This document shows, piece after piece, positions 49,801 to 64,000 of a stretch of DNA of 64,000 nt. Position numbers and translations under genes: made by a program. Within the stretch, counting starts at the first letter, position 1, and each line of letters starts with the position of its first letter. Under the pieces are notes generated by a model. The model saw nothing but the letters and a program-made list of their open reading frames with translations, did no database searches and was not told the DNA's origin. The DNA is from Dipteris shenzhenensis (Eukaryota): the NCBI GenBank assembly GCA_047967505.1, contig CM106538.1; one strand, written 5' to 3'.

Positions 49801-50718
49801 GACGGGTTCTTTTGAGGGTGATAATTGAGGAAATGATATTATAATGTTTAGTTCTTCAGACTTGGTGTGTTTCTTGGATAGTAGTCTCACTTTTTGGCCC
49901 ATAGGATGATTTTGTATGCCCTTCTTTGGGGTTTCTTGTAATACATCTGACCTTGTACAATGATTTCCTTTCGAGGGCCACATTTTATTATGTTGAGTTA
50001 TAGTGGGCCAAAATAGGGCTCTGTGAACCCCATTCTACCCTATAGAACTTTTTAAAGCATCCACATCCATGTCCAAGGCTTATAACATCATTCTCACAAA
50101 CATCGAAATACTAGTCGATCACCGAGATATATTGAGGACTGTACCAACATTTTTTTAATCATCTTACTATGGACATTGACGAATATATCGAGACCCATTT
50201 TGGTCAATATACGGAGGCTTTCGCAAGTAGAAAAAAATTCATTTCTTCAAATATTCCGTCGAATTTTTTGCCAAAAATTTGTGAGAAATAGTCTAATAAC
50301 TTGTAGTGCCATCACGATTTATTAGCATCTCAACGAGTTGCATTATGATACCATGACGTTAAAGAGCCGTGACGGATGCCTTACTACGTATCTTCTTATT
50401 TGGATTTAATATGAGCCTTAACAAATTTAATACTATTAAAAAAGTTTGGAAATCACCAGTAAGAGAAGCTGTAAAGTCGTGCGCCCTTCCACCTTCCAAG
50501 CAACTGAAAAGGTAGGCAGTTTCGGATCTATTTAGAGCCAGCATTTCATCCCTACAATCCTGCGCACGTAAACTGCAGCAATCATTCGGTGATAGCGAGC
50601 TCCATGGTCTACTGAAGCTGAAGCGGCTGGAAGGTATACCCACCTTAATAGCTGAGCGGAAAGCGCCGCTGGACGAAAAGTGGTTACGCGCATAACTCAA
50701 TTCCTCATCTCAGGAGCG

Positions 50719-50955
50719 ATGGAGATTTATGTGAAGACAGTGACAGGCAAGACGATGAGCTTGGAGGTGGAGAGCTCGGATACGATTCAGAATGTGAAGG
50801 CGAAAATCGAGAAGAAGACGGGGATCCCGAAGGAGGACCAGAGGTTGGTTCGGGGGGGGAAGCAGTTAGAGGACGACTATACGTTGAAGGACTACACCAT
50901 TCAGACCAAATCCACCATACACCTTGTCGTTAGAGTGCGAGGAGGGCACTTATAG
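50719..50955 (+). CDS. Divergent monomeric ubiquitin / ubiquitin-like protein (78 aa, ending RGG-HL)
   Basis: Ungapped alignment to plant ubiquitin with 52/76 identities by manual count. C-terminal di-Gly present. AATAAA at about 51176. A CAG acceptor-like site lies 5 nt before the ATG. Confidence 0.85.
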   Translation: MEIYVKTVTGKTMSLEVESSDTIQNVKAKIEKKTGIPKEDQRLVRGGKQLEDDYTLKDYTIQTKSTIHLVVRVRGGHL

Positions 50956-51423
50956 CCGTCTCAGCTCAATGCATCTAAGATTTCAGCACCATTTGCTCAC
51001 CACCGCCCATAGATCGTGAACCCACAAGTTTGCCCGCCCGCATCCTCCGATTACATATGTGATGCTTCCTCTCAAAACACACAATTCTTAAACTCCCTTT
51101 TGCATGACGACATTTCTATTTTGTAGGCTTTGGGCTTGAAGCAAGGTCTTTACTTGGGGCTAACCACCCCCTATTAATAAAATCAACTTGTTTATATTAA
51201 AAAAAGATGACCATATTTGCTTTGCAAAAGAAAAAGGGCGCAAGGGCTACCTTAGAGTGTATATTAACCTACTCGTAATGAAAGAAAACTGGACTAGAGT
51301 TAAAATTAATAGAGGAAGGAAGTACACTATGTATTAAGGTAACACATTATTTTTTGAAGGGTTTTTCGTTTGTTGCACCGAAGTCAAATAAGCATGCCGC
51401 ATCTATATCCCCCCAACACCCCC

Positions 51424-51456
<33 letters not shown>

Positions 51457-53567
51457 AGATTAAATACCCATCGAATAGGTACTATACTTGTACTACTTAT
51501 GCATTTTTCATATGGAAGATGCACAATAAAATACCTGAACTTGTATGCAAGCATTCTTTTATTTTGAATTGCAAGAGACATCATCCCCCTCTATGCTAAA
51601 GTTCCCCTTATGCTAATTTTAGACAAGGGATTTTTAAAAGGGTATATGGAAGCATCCTTATGTTGATTCTCAAAAGACATCATCCCCATCTATCTTGAAG
51701 GTTCCCGTTATGCTAATTTTACACAAGTGATTTTTTAAAGGGTGGTGAATGTAGTCGCTTTGGTTTGGAACTCCTCTCTTCTCACTAGCATGCAAGCATT
51801 TATTACTCACACATAGTAGTAAGTTAGGACACTATCGCCTTAACAAGTAAGTTAGGACACTATCACCTTAACATTTAATTCTAAGAACCATATAGCATAA
51901 TTACTAACATGCATAATCTTATTAACATTATTCACTAAAACTAGTGTTTTAACATGAAAGAAGTACAACATTAATTTGTCCTACACATCATGCTTTACTC
52001 ATTTTTGCAAACTAAAATCTTCCTATAATTCTTCACCCCTCAATTCCCAATCAATAGAATTCTTACCTACCTCCCAATAATGTGCACATGTGTGTTGCCT
52101 AACTATTATAGTAATTCTACTAATAGTGGCAAATCCCTTCATGGTCTCTTGACAAGTCACCAAAATCACACCAAGAACTACATCATCAACCCCATGCCAA
52201 TATGGACTTATATCTCATAAAAAATACTTTCAATAGGTTTCATTCCAATACAAGTTAATGTTTCTAATCATTTTAATGCCCAAAAATTCACATAAACCAA
52301 ATGGGACATAGTAAGATGTCCTATTTCATGTGAGTTATGCTGTCAAACAAAATTCATCCTACCAAGTTTCATTTGGAAGAACGTGAGAAGTTCCATTATA
52401 TCATTATATACACCAAATAGTCAAAAAGGATGGATAAAAGAGTTTCAACTATAGTACTTCATAGTGTTCATTGTATAATAACGACTTATCAAGGGGAGGG
52501 TTTTATAACCCCAAGTGTCTTAGTGCAACAAATCATCATCCATTGCTCGATGCACGTCATCTTGATCCTGAAGGTAGGTCCAATCACCTGCCACCATCCC
52601 AAGTAGACACAAGAGTTATAACGGTATGTGATGCACTGGGAAAGCAAGCTTCCTAGAAGACCTATAGTTCTTATCATGTCACCAAAATTAAGACAACTTG
52701 CACCGCCAAGGAATTTTGAAATTATTAGTAAGAAGTACAAATTGAAAGTCAAATACTTGAAACACAATTGTTATACTAGAAGACCTACAATTGTTATCCA
52801 TGTCACCAGCTCACTTGCAGTCATCAGAATAAAGGAAACCTACATGACTAAGGATTTGGCAAATTAGCAGTGAAATTTGAAAGTTAAACATTCACAATAC
52901 AATGCTGATTCAAATGGAGCTTTTGTCATTATTGATTAACACCCTCCATACATAGCTAGCCTAAGAGAGTTGCATATGTCTATAAGTAGTTAAGTAAACA
53001 CACATAAACAAGGAACCCAAAACCATACCTTGGTAAATTTTGATAGCTAACAATACAATCGCACAATATCAAAATGTGCCATATCACTTCCTTTGATGAG
53101 AGACCATGTGTGTCCATAGAAGGTTCTCTCTAAAAGACAAAGATAAATATGAAGAGCAAATATCCTTGTTAATAGAGATGATTTTCGAGGCCATGGGAAT
53201 CCAATCATAGTGGCAATGGGTTCAATTCTTGAGGTAACACCCATTCTAGATGCAATACTATGCTACACTTTGCTGGCTTGGATCCTAGCTACCTACCTGC
53301 CTTGGTGATTCAAAGAGAGAGAAGGCATTCAATTGGCCCATCACCAGAGCACCAAAATTACACTCTTAAATGGTCATTTAAATAGCTACAATAAGCTCTA
53401 GAATGCCACATTCACTTCTATATCAAAAGGTTCTTGATCTAGCAATGTATGAGTTGGTGCAACACTACATGTTGTTTCTTGCATTTTTCAAATGCCACTC
53501 AACATTACTATTGACCCTAAAAGTAGGCAACTTGATTTCAAACTAAATGTTAAAATTTCAAGATCTA

Positions 53568-54159
53568 TGTAAGAAAATAATACAACATCTGTGCTCAACA
53601 GATAACAGGATCTAGTACGCAAGAGAGAAAACCAGATAGTATGGAGAATCAAAAATTTGATTACTGTAGAACTGATACAATAGATGGCGCTGCCTCCCAA
53701 CCGTGCGCTCCTGTGAAGAAGCTTTGATGGCGAGCTGGAAACAGTAGAGGAAGAAGGCTGGATGCTAAGGAATCAGGGTTGCTATAGCCAGTGATGAAAT
53801 GGGCTTCATGGGCTTGCTCTTATATAGCCACTAGTCATAGTCGGTTGGACCCAACAGCCATCCGGGATCATCTGGGACTCCAAACGGGCCCCGCAACCCG
53901 AGAGTGGGCTGCCCTGGGAAATGCTCTGTCTACCCTCAGTGCGGTCAGTCATGGGATGCCTTCCCGCACTTAAATGTAGCCTAGTTGGCGGTGTGCCAAC
54001 TCTATCTGAAGTCGTCCAGCCATCAGGCCACACATGGCCCCCATCTGGTGTCCAAACCAAGACCTACTGGATAACCAAGCTACTCAAATGCCTTCTCCTC
54101 ATATGGGAGTTAGCTGGTTCCCGCGTAGTTACAAGAGAGTGGAGCATTGATATCTAACA
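53568..54159 (-). mobile_element. Solo LTR (592 bp, copia-like) with TSD ATCTA
   Basis: TGT..ACA termini. ATCTA at 53563-53567 and 54160-54164. Minus-strand TATA GGCTATATAAG at about 53819-53829. Confidence 0.75.
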
Positions 54160-54896
54160 ATCTACATACTGAAGAATTTGCCTCGAGGCACAAAACCTCC
54201 GAGTAGTATCACTTTTGTAGTTTGAAGAAATGATGGAAACCAAATTCACCGATCCCAAGCCTACAAGCAGTATGACATGATTAGATAGTATTCCACATGT
54301 AAGCCCATTGATGGTTGGGTTTTTTTTTGCATTAAAGAATCCAAGGGATTGGATCTCAACCTATACGAGGGTATAGCTAACATGGTAAGCACCACAACTA
54401 GAAGCAAGTTTGGGATTTGAGCGTGGAACCCCAAGCTTGTTCCAGGATATGTGTTGTATATATTAGACTATAGAATTAAGAGGCTTCATCAATTTTTGAC
54501 TTGTTTGCAATTTTTTTAGAGCAGACATACATCATAATGGACCATTGATACAAAGCATGTGTGCCGGTGAATATTAAGATTCAAGGTGGAATTCCTAAAA
54601 GAATGTTTGTTTTTAAAGATGCATAAAAACAATGTAGTCTAAACCATGGGAGTGAGTCTTTGATAACAAGCAATCTAGAAACCAGTGGATGGAAGCAATG
54701 CATACCTTGAGTTGGCTTAATGTGCTACTACCATCATCATTGGTTCAAGATAATTCAATGGGTGCCATAATGTATCGCACAATGGTGATAAGATGTTCTT
54801 GTATAAATAACTGAAAGGTAACACTCTCCCTTAATGCAAGTACCCAAAACCCATAGAGTACAAACTTTGGTGAATCATCATTGCTTGCCTGCCCCC

Positions 54897-54973
<77 letters not shown>

Positions 54974-57900
54974 GCTCCCTCCCTCCCTCCCTCTCTCTCC
55001 CCCCCTTTTTTTTCTTCTTTTATCTATTTCCCTTCTTCTCAAATACTGTCATCCTTTTAACCCTTTCTATATAATTATTTCTAAACCTCCCCTCCCAAAG
55101 GTCTAATAACTATGAACAATTCCCCCCCCCCCCTTAAACCTCTTAATTTTGTTTTACCTCTCTAAAACCTTACATTAGCAATTTCTTAATTTCTTAACTT
55201 TTTAGTAGTTCTTCTTAACTCATTATTTTACCTTTTATTTCATTATTTAAACTTTGAATTCTCATGTCTATTGATATTTTCTTTGTTACCCCCACCTTCT
55301 CTCTATTATTAAAATCCCCCTTCCTTTTTATCTCCCTCCTACCTATTTATTTTTCTCTCATGTTTCCACCTATCTTCCCTTTAAATACTCCCTTTAAAAT
55401 TTTCCCTTTACAATTTCCCATGAGTAAATGTTCCCACATTTCATGTCCCTTTTACTCCTTCACACTATTACTTCTATATTCTATTGCTCCCTCTTTACCT
55501 TGTGAACTACTCCCTCCACACTTCTTCCATAAACCCCTCCCCTTCCCCACTCTTCCCACCGAAATCCCCCCTTCTACAAAGATCCAATTTTTATCCCTCT
55601 ATAACTATAAAATAAATTCTTAATCTCTCCTTTCCACCCAAACACTCTTGTATTTACATTAAGCTTGATAAGTTTATGGAAAAGTGTTAATTTTAATTGT
55701 GACTCCAATAACAAGGGAGGGGTGTTTATGACACCTATCTTCCCAACTAAAGTTAAAACTAGTTCTTACTATGTTGCTTGTTGTATGGTGGCAGGTAAGC
55801 AGATTCCCCTCTTTAATAAAAATGATGCTGCCAATGAGTTATCAAAGCTCGACTTTTCACATTTCCTTTTTCTTAAAAAAATATTCACCCTCTAGTGATG
55901 CTACTTCATTCATAGTGGATTTTCTATTAAACCTTTCTCATTCCTGCTTTGAATTGTCTTCTCTTCTTTATGGAAAGGGGTGTTGTAATATCTTCTACAC
56001 ACACACTTTCCCCTACAACTTTGGACGTTTGCACATAGGACCTTTAAGTCATCAAGGCCTTTCTTTGGCTTTTTGACTCATTGATGTAACTTGGTTCTCC
56101 TTTTCTCCCTTCTTCCTTTCAGAAACATTCTTGGGATGTCTCGCTGCAATCAAAGACCCTCAACAACTTCGACTGTCGCTCTAAATCAAGGACCTACTTC
56201 GACTCTCGCTCCTGCCTCCTAAACAATACATTTAAGGCATCATGGCCCCTGGCCTTTTGACTTTTTTCATTGCTTTTATGAGCAAACACTATTTTACTCC
56301 ACCTACCTTTTTTATTTTTACCTTTTTAAGGACTCTTCAAACCCAAACAGATGTCGAAATTGCTCACTTTCCTCTCCTTGCTTGTTATTGCTTTTATTAA
56401 GACCTCAACTTAATCTATTTGCTCCCACACTGCCAAATTTTTACCTGCCTTACTCAAGCACATATTTTCCATTCCTTAAAATGGCACTTCTCAATACTTC
56501 TTTACCTTTTCGGGTAGACAATAGGTCATCACACTAGGTGATGACCTACTGTCTTCTCACGTAGTGTGTTGTATCCTACTGGGTCAAAGGTGGGTACACG
56601 TGCGCGCGCACACACACACACTTTGCCTTTTTTCCTCTTGACCACACTAATTATTTTTTCTACCTTTATATTCCTTTGAAATTCCTTTAAAACTACCCTT
56701 CCCCCTTTCTGTCTCTAATTAGACCAATATCTTTATTCCTTGCATTTTACTACCTCTCCCCTCTATCTCTCTCTCGAAATTCCCCCAATCTCTCTCTACC
56801 CTCTTCCTCCTCTTTCACCTAATTTTCTCCTATAATCCTCTCCCTTTCCCAATTTAATCTGTCTCATCTCCCCTAGTCTAGCTCTGTATAATTTTCTTAA
56901 TTTTCTCTTAATTTTTCATACTCCTATTTTTTCCTTTTCACTCCCTAGCTTACAACACTCTCCTTAATTTTTCCCTAATTATTCCCCCCTTTTTTTGCCT
57001 AATTGTCCTTAATTAAAAATTTCCCTAAAATTTCTCCTAATTTTCTTTATTTTCCTAATTCTCATATGCTTCCCTAACTTTTTCTTGTTGGTTCACGTTT
57101 TTCTTATTTTTTTCATATTTTAATTTATTTCTTATTTTCAATTGTTTATTCTTCTTATTTTCCTCCTACCTAGTTTTTCATATCAAATTCGTTTTAATTT
57201 ATTCCTAGATTTTTACCTCTTACTTCCTTTTTTATCTCCTTTTTTTCTAATTTGCTCCTTAATTTCCCCTCTTTATTTTCTTTCCTTTTATTTTTCTATT
57301 TTTGCTAACTTAGTCTTTTCCTCCCCCCCCCCCCCCCTCTCCTCTCCTATTTTCCTCTAAGTCTTTCTATCCCACCAACTTAACCTTTTTAAAATTTATT
57401 TTTCCCCCTTAACTTTTTAATTACCCCCCTCGGCCCTTTCGCCTCCATGCACCACGTGGCATTATCTTAAATGCCCCCGCCTTCCCAAATGACCTCCCGA
57501 CTCCCCTCCTTGACTACCCCTCTCGTCTCCTATATATATAGCCCTCACTTCTAAGCCTACCTTATATTAACCACCTCAAACTCCACAGAGGCACAGACGA
57601 ATCTAACGAAATCCCCTCTATGCTCGCAGTCTTCATTGCCCTCTGCCTGCGCTCTCTCCATGCTTCGTGCTCTCTAGCCCATGCCCCGTACTTTGCCTCC
57701 ACCATCTACTACTAGCTAAGTCTAGCTCCACCCCAGTAATCATCTATTGCCCTTCCCTCATAGCCCTTTCACCATCACTCTACGCTGCCTGCGGACTTGT
57801 TCTCTACACCGCCCCCAAATCCATAAATTCTTGCATGGTCTCTGTGCTGCCATGCCACATGGTCTAGACAGTCTTTGGAGTCTGTGTCACAATGTCTCAA

Positions 57901-58402
57901 TGGTTGTACCCTCACATCTGCCTCCACACAGTCAACATCTGACGCGATAACATGCCCATAGCAGTGCCTCTACCCCGCAGCCTGGCAGGTCTTCTTTAAA
58001 CGATTTCTATGCCTCCCCACTCTCTCTCACTTAACTTACCCTCACACCCTCCTTTCCATAGTCCCTATATCTCTTCATTAAATTAATGGTCACATCTCTG
58101 ACCCCCCTCAGTCATTCACTCTTTCACTCATTCTCAACCACTTTTTCCTTGTTGCTTGTCTCATTTAATTTGTGTGGGTTAATCTCTTTTATTCATTGGT
58201 TTATATATATATGGTTGGCTTGATGGTTATTTGTAGATCTTTTTTATCATTCTATTACTACTTCTAATTTACCAATGTTCCACTTTATTGCATGTTAAGC
58301 TTGATTTCATTATATACAGATAGATACATAGCTTATATATTTCTTACACCCTTTAAGTTATTTACATTTCTCTATTTCTTTCTCTACTTCTTTTCTCGGT
58401 TG

Positions 58403-58436
<34 letters not shown>

Positions 58437-60849
58437 GTACCTTCTTCTCTTTTAATTCTTGTAAGCAATTTAATGTAAATTTTAGTTAATTACCTCTACA
58501 CTTTTTAATTAGATTGTCTCTTGTTCTATTAATAGTTTTTTTATTAGATTTGCTCTTTTTAGATGGTCTCTTATTAGATTTTCTCTTATTCTTTTCACAT
58601 TTTTTAATGTTACTTATTAGATGGTCTCTTATTAATGTTAGATGGTCTCTTTTTAGATTTAAGCCTCCTATGTTATGGTTTATTCTAACTTCTGTATCCT
58701 CTATTGGCCTAGTTAATCCTCATTGCTATCTTAGAATAGGAGTTCATTTTTAGTCATTCATTTATTTTGAATTTTCTTAGGAGTTTTTTACCATATACTT
58801 GGACAAGCTTTTTTTCACTAAGGATTTGTTTTAAATGGTTTATGGTCATCTAACTTTTTTATATCATTTTATAACCATATATGATTTGATTTTGAATTCA
58901 ATCAAGAGTGTGGAGCACCCTCTTTGATTAGTGTTGTCATAAAATGAGATGATCTCTGATCGGTATGGACTACCCCCCATGGGATTTTTTAAACTTTTGT
59001 CACAACTAGGCGTGGACTACCCCCCATCTGGATTAAATTGGCACATACACATGCACACATGCAAAACTAGTTATTATGCCACATTTTTCTTGGTTTAAGT
59101 TATCATTAGTGGTACTCCCTCTAGGTATTGTGGGTTATGATAAGTTCCATTAATTTAAATATATTTCTTAGAATTCTGAAAGGTTTGTTCATGTTCTTTG
59201 GTAAAGCGCTAACAAGACAGGGATACATGCATTACCTGTCTACCTAAATTCAACTTCATTGTTCTAACAACTAGTTGGTTTGGATGGTGGCAGGTAAGTG
59301 GACCTTGACCTTGAAACCTGGATGACGATGGATTTGACACCCTTTTCCAATCTTGTGTTCCTATTTCAAACTCAATATGATTATAAATTCTCAATTTTGT
59401 TAGAATTTTTGCAAACTCTCAAAAAAAAATTGCAAGTCCAAACTTAGATGTCGTAAATATTTTTGTACTTGTCTCATATATAACTTTTTATGCAAATGGT
59501 GGAATTAATTGTATGGATCATTTATTGATGGGAATATTAAATCTAAACACACACACACAAAGTAGGTGGAAATAAGCTCAAAGACACCAAGTGGAAAACA
59601 CACCACACAACGCCATGCAATAATGAAACAACCAAATCAAACCAACGTATGCTCAAAAAGAGTACACGACTAGTAGAGCTAGGAACAAACATGGCAAAAG
59701 CTTATGGGTAGAGATTCAAAGCAAGTGGTTATTTATAATCACATAGTCATGTTCCTTTTAATGTGCATGCGTGCGTGTGTATGTATGTGTGTGGGTGGGT
59801 GGGTGGGTGGGTGGGTGCTTTTAATGTCATTCTCATGTAATAATAGGCATAATCACGCTTGTGCACCTTTTAATCACAATTCCCTATATATTTTTGGACT
59901 AACTCTAATGATGGTTTGACTACCATCAGTAGTTTTTGATAATAGTGTCAGCAATAGGCCAAGTACTACCAATAAAAGATTGACTAGCACTAATATGCTT
60001 ACTACCATTCTAGGAATACGAACAAGTTGTATATGATTTTACTATTTGGTGTTAGTATCCAAATGTCCATTATCTATGGTATGTGAATGATATGCTTTGG
60101 GGCTTAGGATTTATATCTAGATGGCCACTAGTGTATGACATGTAAAATGTAAGCAAAATAGCTTTATGCATATGCTATATATACATTGCCTTATGAACCA
60201 AATGGTTTCTCTATCATGCCATAACTATGTACAAAAGCGTTTGCATCTACGCATCATTCAAAGAAACACATTAAACTTGTAATTCCCTCATTTACATCCA
60301 TGAATCATTCAATAAGGTATAATGAATTAGTGGCTGAGGCATAACATATTATTTATGCATTTGTAGACATTATAAAATGCAATTATAATGCAATACATCC
60401 ATTCTTCACAAAGACACATTCAAATAAACATTAGACATTTTGCATCATTGCACTATTTAAAGATGATATCCAACTAAGCATTACAATATTGCATTAAGAC
60501 AATGATACTTAAACATTTGCACAATAGTTACATTTAAAAAGATCAAATTCAAGGAAATATAGTGCTTGACTAAACCAAACTTATTATTATGTGATACATG
60601 TGAATAATTTGCACAAGATGAAGTTTCAAGGTAGATGGAGATGCACACAGGCATATATGCATGTGCATGAATGCATAGAGATACACACACACAATCACAA
60701 CAAGCACACACAAGTTACCATCCAACCTCTCAAGATATTGCTAGCACCTTACTCATAGAGTTCACCACAAATATCACATCCATAGCAGTCCAATGAAAAA
60801 TCCATTACATCAAACCAAGTAAAAGAAACCAATGTGACTTTAAATCCTA

Positions 60850-61340
60850 GCACCCTCACCCATCACTCCTCTCATAGTCAAATTTATTGGCTTTGTTGTG
60901 GTAAAACCTTACCCAACATGCAAGATATTGGACCAGTCAATCATTTCACAAGCACAATGAACACTCGTTGTCTCATCATCTTCCTCTTAGGTTCTTGCGC
61001 TTCAATTATGGTCCCATCCTACCCTAGAAACTAATTACAAGCACTGTGATCTTTCTAATAGAAACCATTCTAACCAATTAAGAAAAAAAATCTAATACCC
61101 TAGAAACTAATTACAAGCACTGTGATCTTTCTAATAGAAACCATTCTAACTAATCTAATAGAAACCATTCTAATTAATCAAGAAAAAAATCTTGGCAACT
61201 CACCCATCACTCTATGTTCACAATCTCATTTCTTTGGCTGCTGGTAATTGTGGTAAAACCTTTCCCCAAAATCAAGATATTGACCACCTCTGCAACAAGC
61301 ACAAGGAACACTCACTTTGTCACCCTCTTCCTCTCTTGAG
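60850..61340. repeat. Nested local direct duplications
   Basis: TACCCTAGAAACTAATTACAAGCACTGTGATC... at about 61020 and 61096. The segment 60850-61010 resembles 61195-61340. Confidence 0.75.
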
Positions 61341-61424
61341 TCAATAATGATCCATCTTACCAAATGAAAAGCCCTTGTGACTCTTGCAAGCATTTTGTAT
61401 GTAGAAAAACAAGCACAAAATGAG

Positions 61425-61650
61425 AAATACTACTATCGATAGTAGTGATAGTGACCATGTTACTATCAATAATAAGCCTATTAGCATTGGCAAATTGCAC
61501 AGTATTGCCAATAATAGGCCTACTACCATCGATAATAGGACTGCTACTTTCAGTAATATGCCTTTTATTACTAGTAATAGGTCTATTGATTCTAATAAGA
61601 TGCCTTCTATCATCAGTAATAGGCCTACTACCATGGCAATAGGGCCACTA
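61425..61650. repeat. Degenerate 21-bp minisatellite
   Basis: AATAATAGGCCTACTACCATC-like units. These explain the 7-residue-periodic ORFs on both strands. Confidence 0.75.
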
Positions 61651-61789
61651 GTGTATAGTGCATAGTGTAAGTTACCAATCTCGTGCATTGCACTCTCCTT
61701 CCTTGATTCTCCAATATGGTATTAGCACATGTCAGAGTGTAATCCCTTGCTCAATCAAGGCACAAGCCCTCTCCTTGAGTCATTTTCAA

Positions 61790-61932
61790 ACTCTCATGTT
61801 CATCTTCTCCTTTCACTCTCTATTTCAATTAAAAGGCTCCCAAATCCATCATTCAGAGTTTCTTCTCATGTTCATCCTCTCCTTTCACTCTTGATCTCAA
61901 TTAAAAGGATCTCAAATCCATCATTCAGAGTT
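61790..61932. repeat. Tandem duplication of about 72 bp
   Basis: TCTCATGTTCATC.TCTCCTTTCACTCT...CAATTAAAAGG..C.CAAATCCATCATTCAGAGTTTCT occurs twice. Confidence 0.8.
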
Positions 61933-64000
61933 TCTACTATCTTAGTTTGAGTGGTTATTTTCCACTATGAGTTCTTCATGTGTTGAGAGATTTTGAAAGG
62001 TTTATTGTTGTATAAGGCTCCTTGATATTTATATTAACTTTGTTCTCTAATTTTTTGTAAGGTTCATGCCTTTTTGGTAGGTTTTGTGAGATCTCTATGA
62101 CTTTGCATACTCTTTTTGCCCATCTCTCCTCAATTCTTATCATCCACTTTGAAATAGATACTCTAATGGCTAATTAAGAAAAAATTGTGACTCAAAATTG
62201 CCAGCATCTACACTGGCAAAAATGTGATCTTCAGATGTCCTACTCTTAGCTAAGAGAAACAAGACATGAAGGAAGGGTAGTGCATCTAGATCAAATAAAG
62301 AAACATCACATCCAACCATTGCATCAACTATAACAAGTCTTCAATGACATAAGATGTGCAGCTCAAAAATGGCTCAAGTGACTCATAGATAAGAAGCAAG
62401 CAAGCAATTGTCTACCCACATGTAATGATAACACAAAAAATAGCATGATGTAGACCAAGCAAGGCTCAAACAAAAGCAATAGACAAGACTTAGCATCAAA
62501 AAAGGCACGACTCAATGCACTACTACAACTAGCTATGTAGCAACAATATGCTCAACTAACATCACCACATAAGCAGGTAAGACAACAACCTACGACAAAG
62601 AAGCAAGCACGTGAGCCTAGCCCTTGGACTACCATGACCCAAAAGCCAACAAACAAAAACTCAATAATAGTAAGAGCTACATCTAAGTAAAGGGGCATGC
62701 AAGGCACCTACTCAATAGATCTACAACATAGGTCCACAATGAAAGGTAGGACCAAACAATAAGCAACTTAGACGAGACTATAAGCAATGAAGCTATAGAC
62801 AAAGGTGACAAGCAACTCAAGAAGCAAGAAACATGACTGAGGAATGCCTACAACTAGCATTTACACACTAGCAAACACAAGCAAAGGCATTAGTGCTAAA
62901 ATAGACTTAGAATGGGCCTTCGTTGATCATCTCCTTTAGTTGCATTTTTCTCACCATCTGTTGCATCTTCCTCAAACACATTTCCTAAATACCTTTAGCT
63001 TCACAATTAGACCTAAGCCTGGTGGTAATGCCATATGGTAGATAGGGTTTGCTAAACCTTGGGTGGACATTTTTCCATGTGACAACCCTATCCACCTTAC
63101 CACATTGGCACCTATGCCACATGTCCCCTACTTACTTAGCCTACGAACTCAAACATCAAGCTAGGTCATCAAGCCATGTTATTAGGCCATGTTATCATGC
63201 TACCATGCGATTGGTCCATTGAAGCACATAGTGCCATATAGAGAGACATTTGTAAGCAACATGTGAACAGACACTATGACATCACCCACATGCCACCTCA
63301 TCAATTTTTACCACTCCTTGGACAAAGTTTGGATAGCATTTCAAATGGCCATAACTTTTGATCTTGAAGGAGCTTTAAATTGTTGTAACAGAAAAAATGA
63401 TAAGCATATCCTGCTCTACATGGAGAGGTCCTCAAACCTACATTATTACTTTTCCATAGGTTGGGTTCAACAACCTTTCTTGATCTAATACAACCTCCCA
63501 AGGCATAAAATGAACAAATATTTAAAATTTTCTATATTTTGCACATCAACATATAGTCTAGCAATAGATTAGCATAGCTATAGAGGAGATTAGACTCCAC
63601 TAGTCCAAGTGATCCATTGCCCATATCACCCTCTTAGTTCCCATTGGCATTAGTCCCCTTGAATCTATCATTGGTGTACAAATTTACACATTTGGCATAC
63701 CACCCAACATCTTGGCAGTTGGCAGCAGACAATCACATTAGAGATTTATGACACTTGATAAGGATCTTTCTCTTGGATTTATGATAGTTGCACACATTTA
63801 CACATGCATGCTAGCCATTCACATTCAGCAAAAGTTGACTATTTTCTAACATTGGTTCCCACATAGATATATCAACCTTGTACAACCTCTTGGCTATTCC
63901 TAGCACACAGTTGTCATTATTTTATTATAGGTTGGATCTTTAGCGCACACACAAGTCTTCCACCATGAGTTGTTTCACATCTTGAGAATTTGAAATAAGC

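Noticed and set aside
5921-50955. F-box gene and ubiquitin variant as a functional gene cluster
   Set aside because: They are 14 kb apart with an unrelated PPR gene in between. Proximity alone is not evidence without synteny or co-expression data.
61341-61688. Hydrophobic and Asn/Thr-rich periodic ORFs
   Set aside because: They are explained by the 21-bp minisatellite.

Overview
Eukaryotic land-plant nuclear DNA, probably a fern. That assignment is an inference from the PLS-PPR sequence style, giant TE-filled introns, chromovirus and LINE remnants, and (GA)n tracts. Three host genes are supported. (1) A minus-strand SKP2A/B-like F-box/LRR gene with 5 coding exons (about 470 aa) spread over about 30 kb (5921-36320); two introns of 12.2 and 16.6 kb are packed with retroelements. 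(2) An intronless PLS-E class PPR gene (41964-44525) with what looks like a decayed E+/DYW tail after its stop codon. (3) A strongly divergent single-unit ubiquitin (50719-50955). The mobile elements are: a young Ty3/gypsy chromovirus with near-identical 1.8-kb LTRs, TSD, PBS and PPT but a crippled pol (20347-27383); a second chromovirus whose gag/RT/RNase H segments are shuffled and partly inverted with nearly reciprocal breakpoints (7222-12173); a third truncated chromovirus; Copia and LINE remnants; two TSD-flanked solo LTRs; and a transposase-like relic. The most notable observations are the scrambled retroelement, the ubiquitin variant and a poly-Met uORF stack in the predicted F-box leader. 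All comparisons were made by eye.
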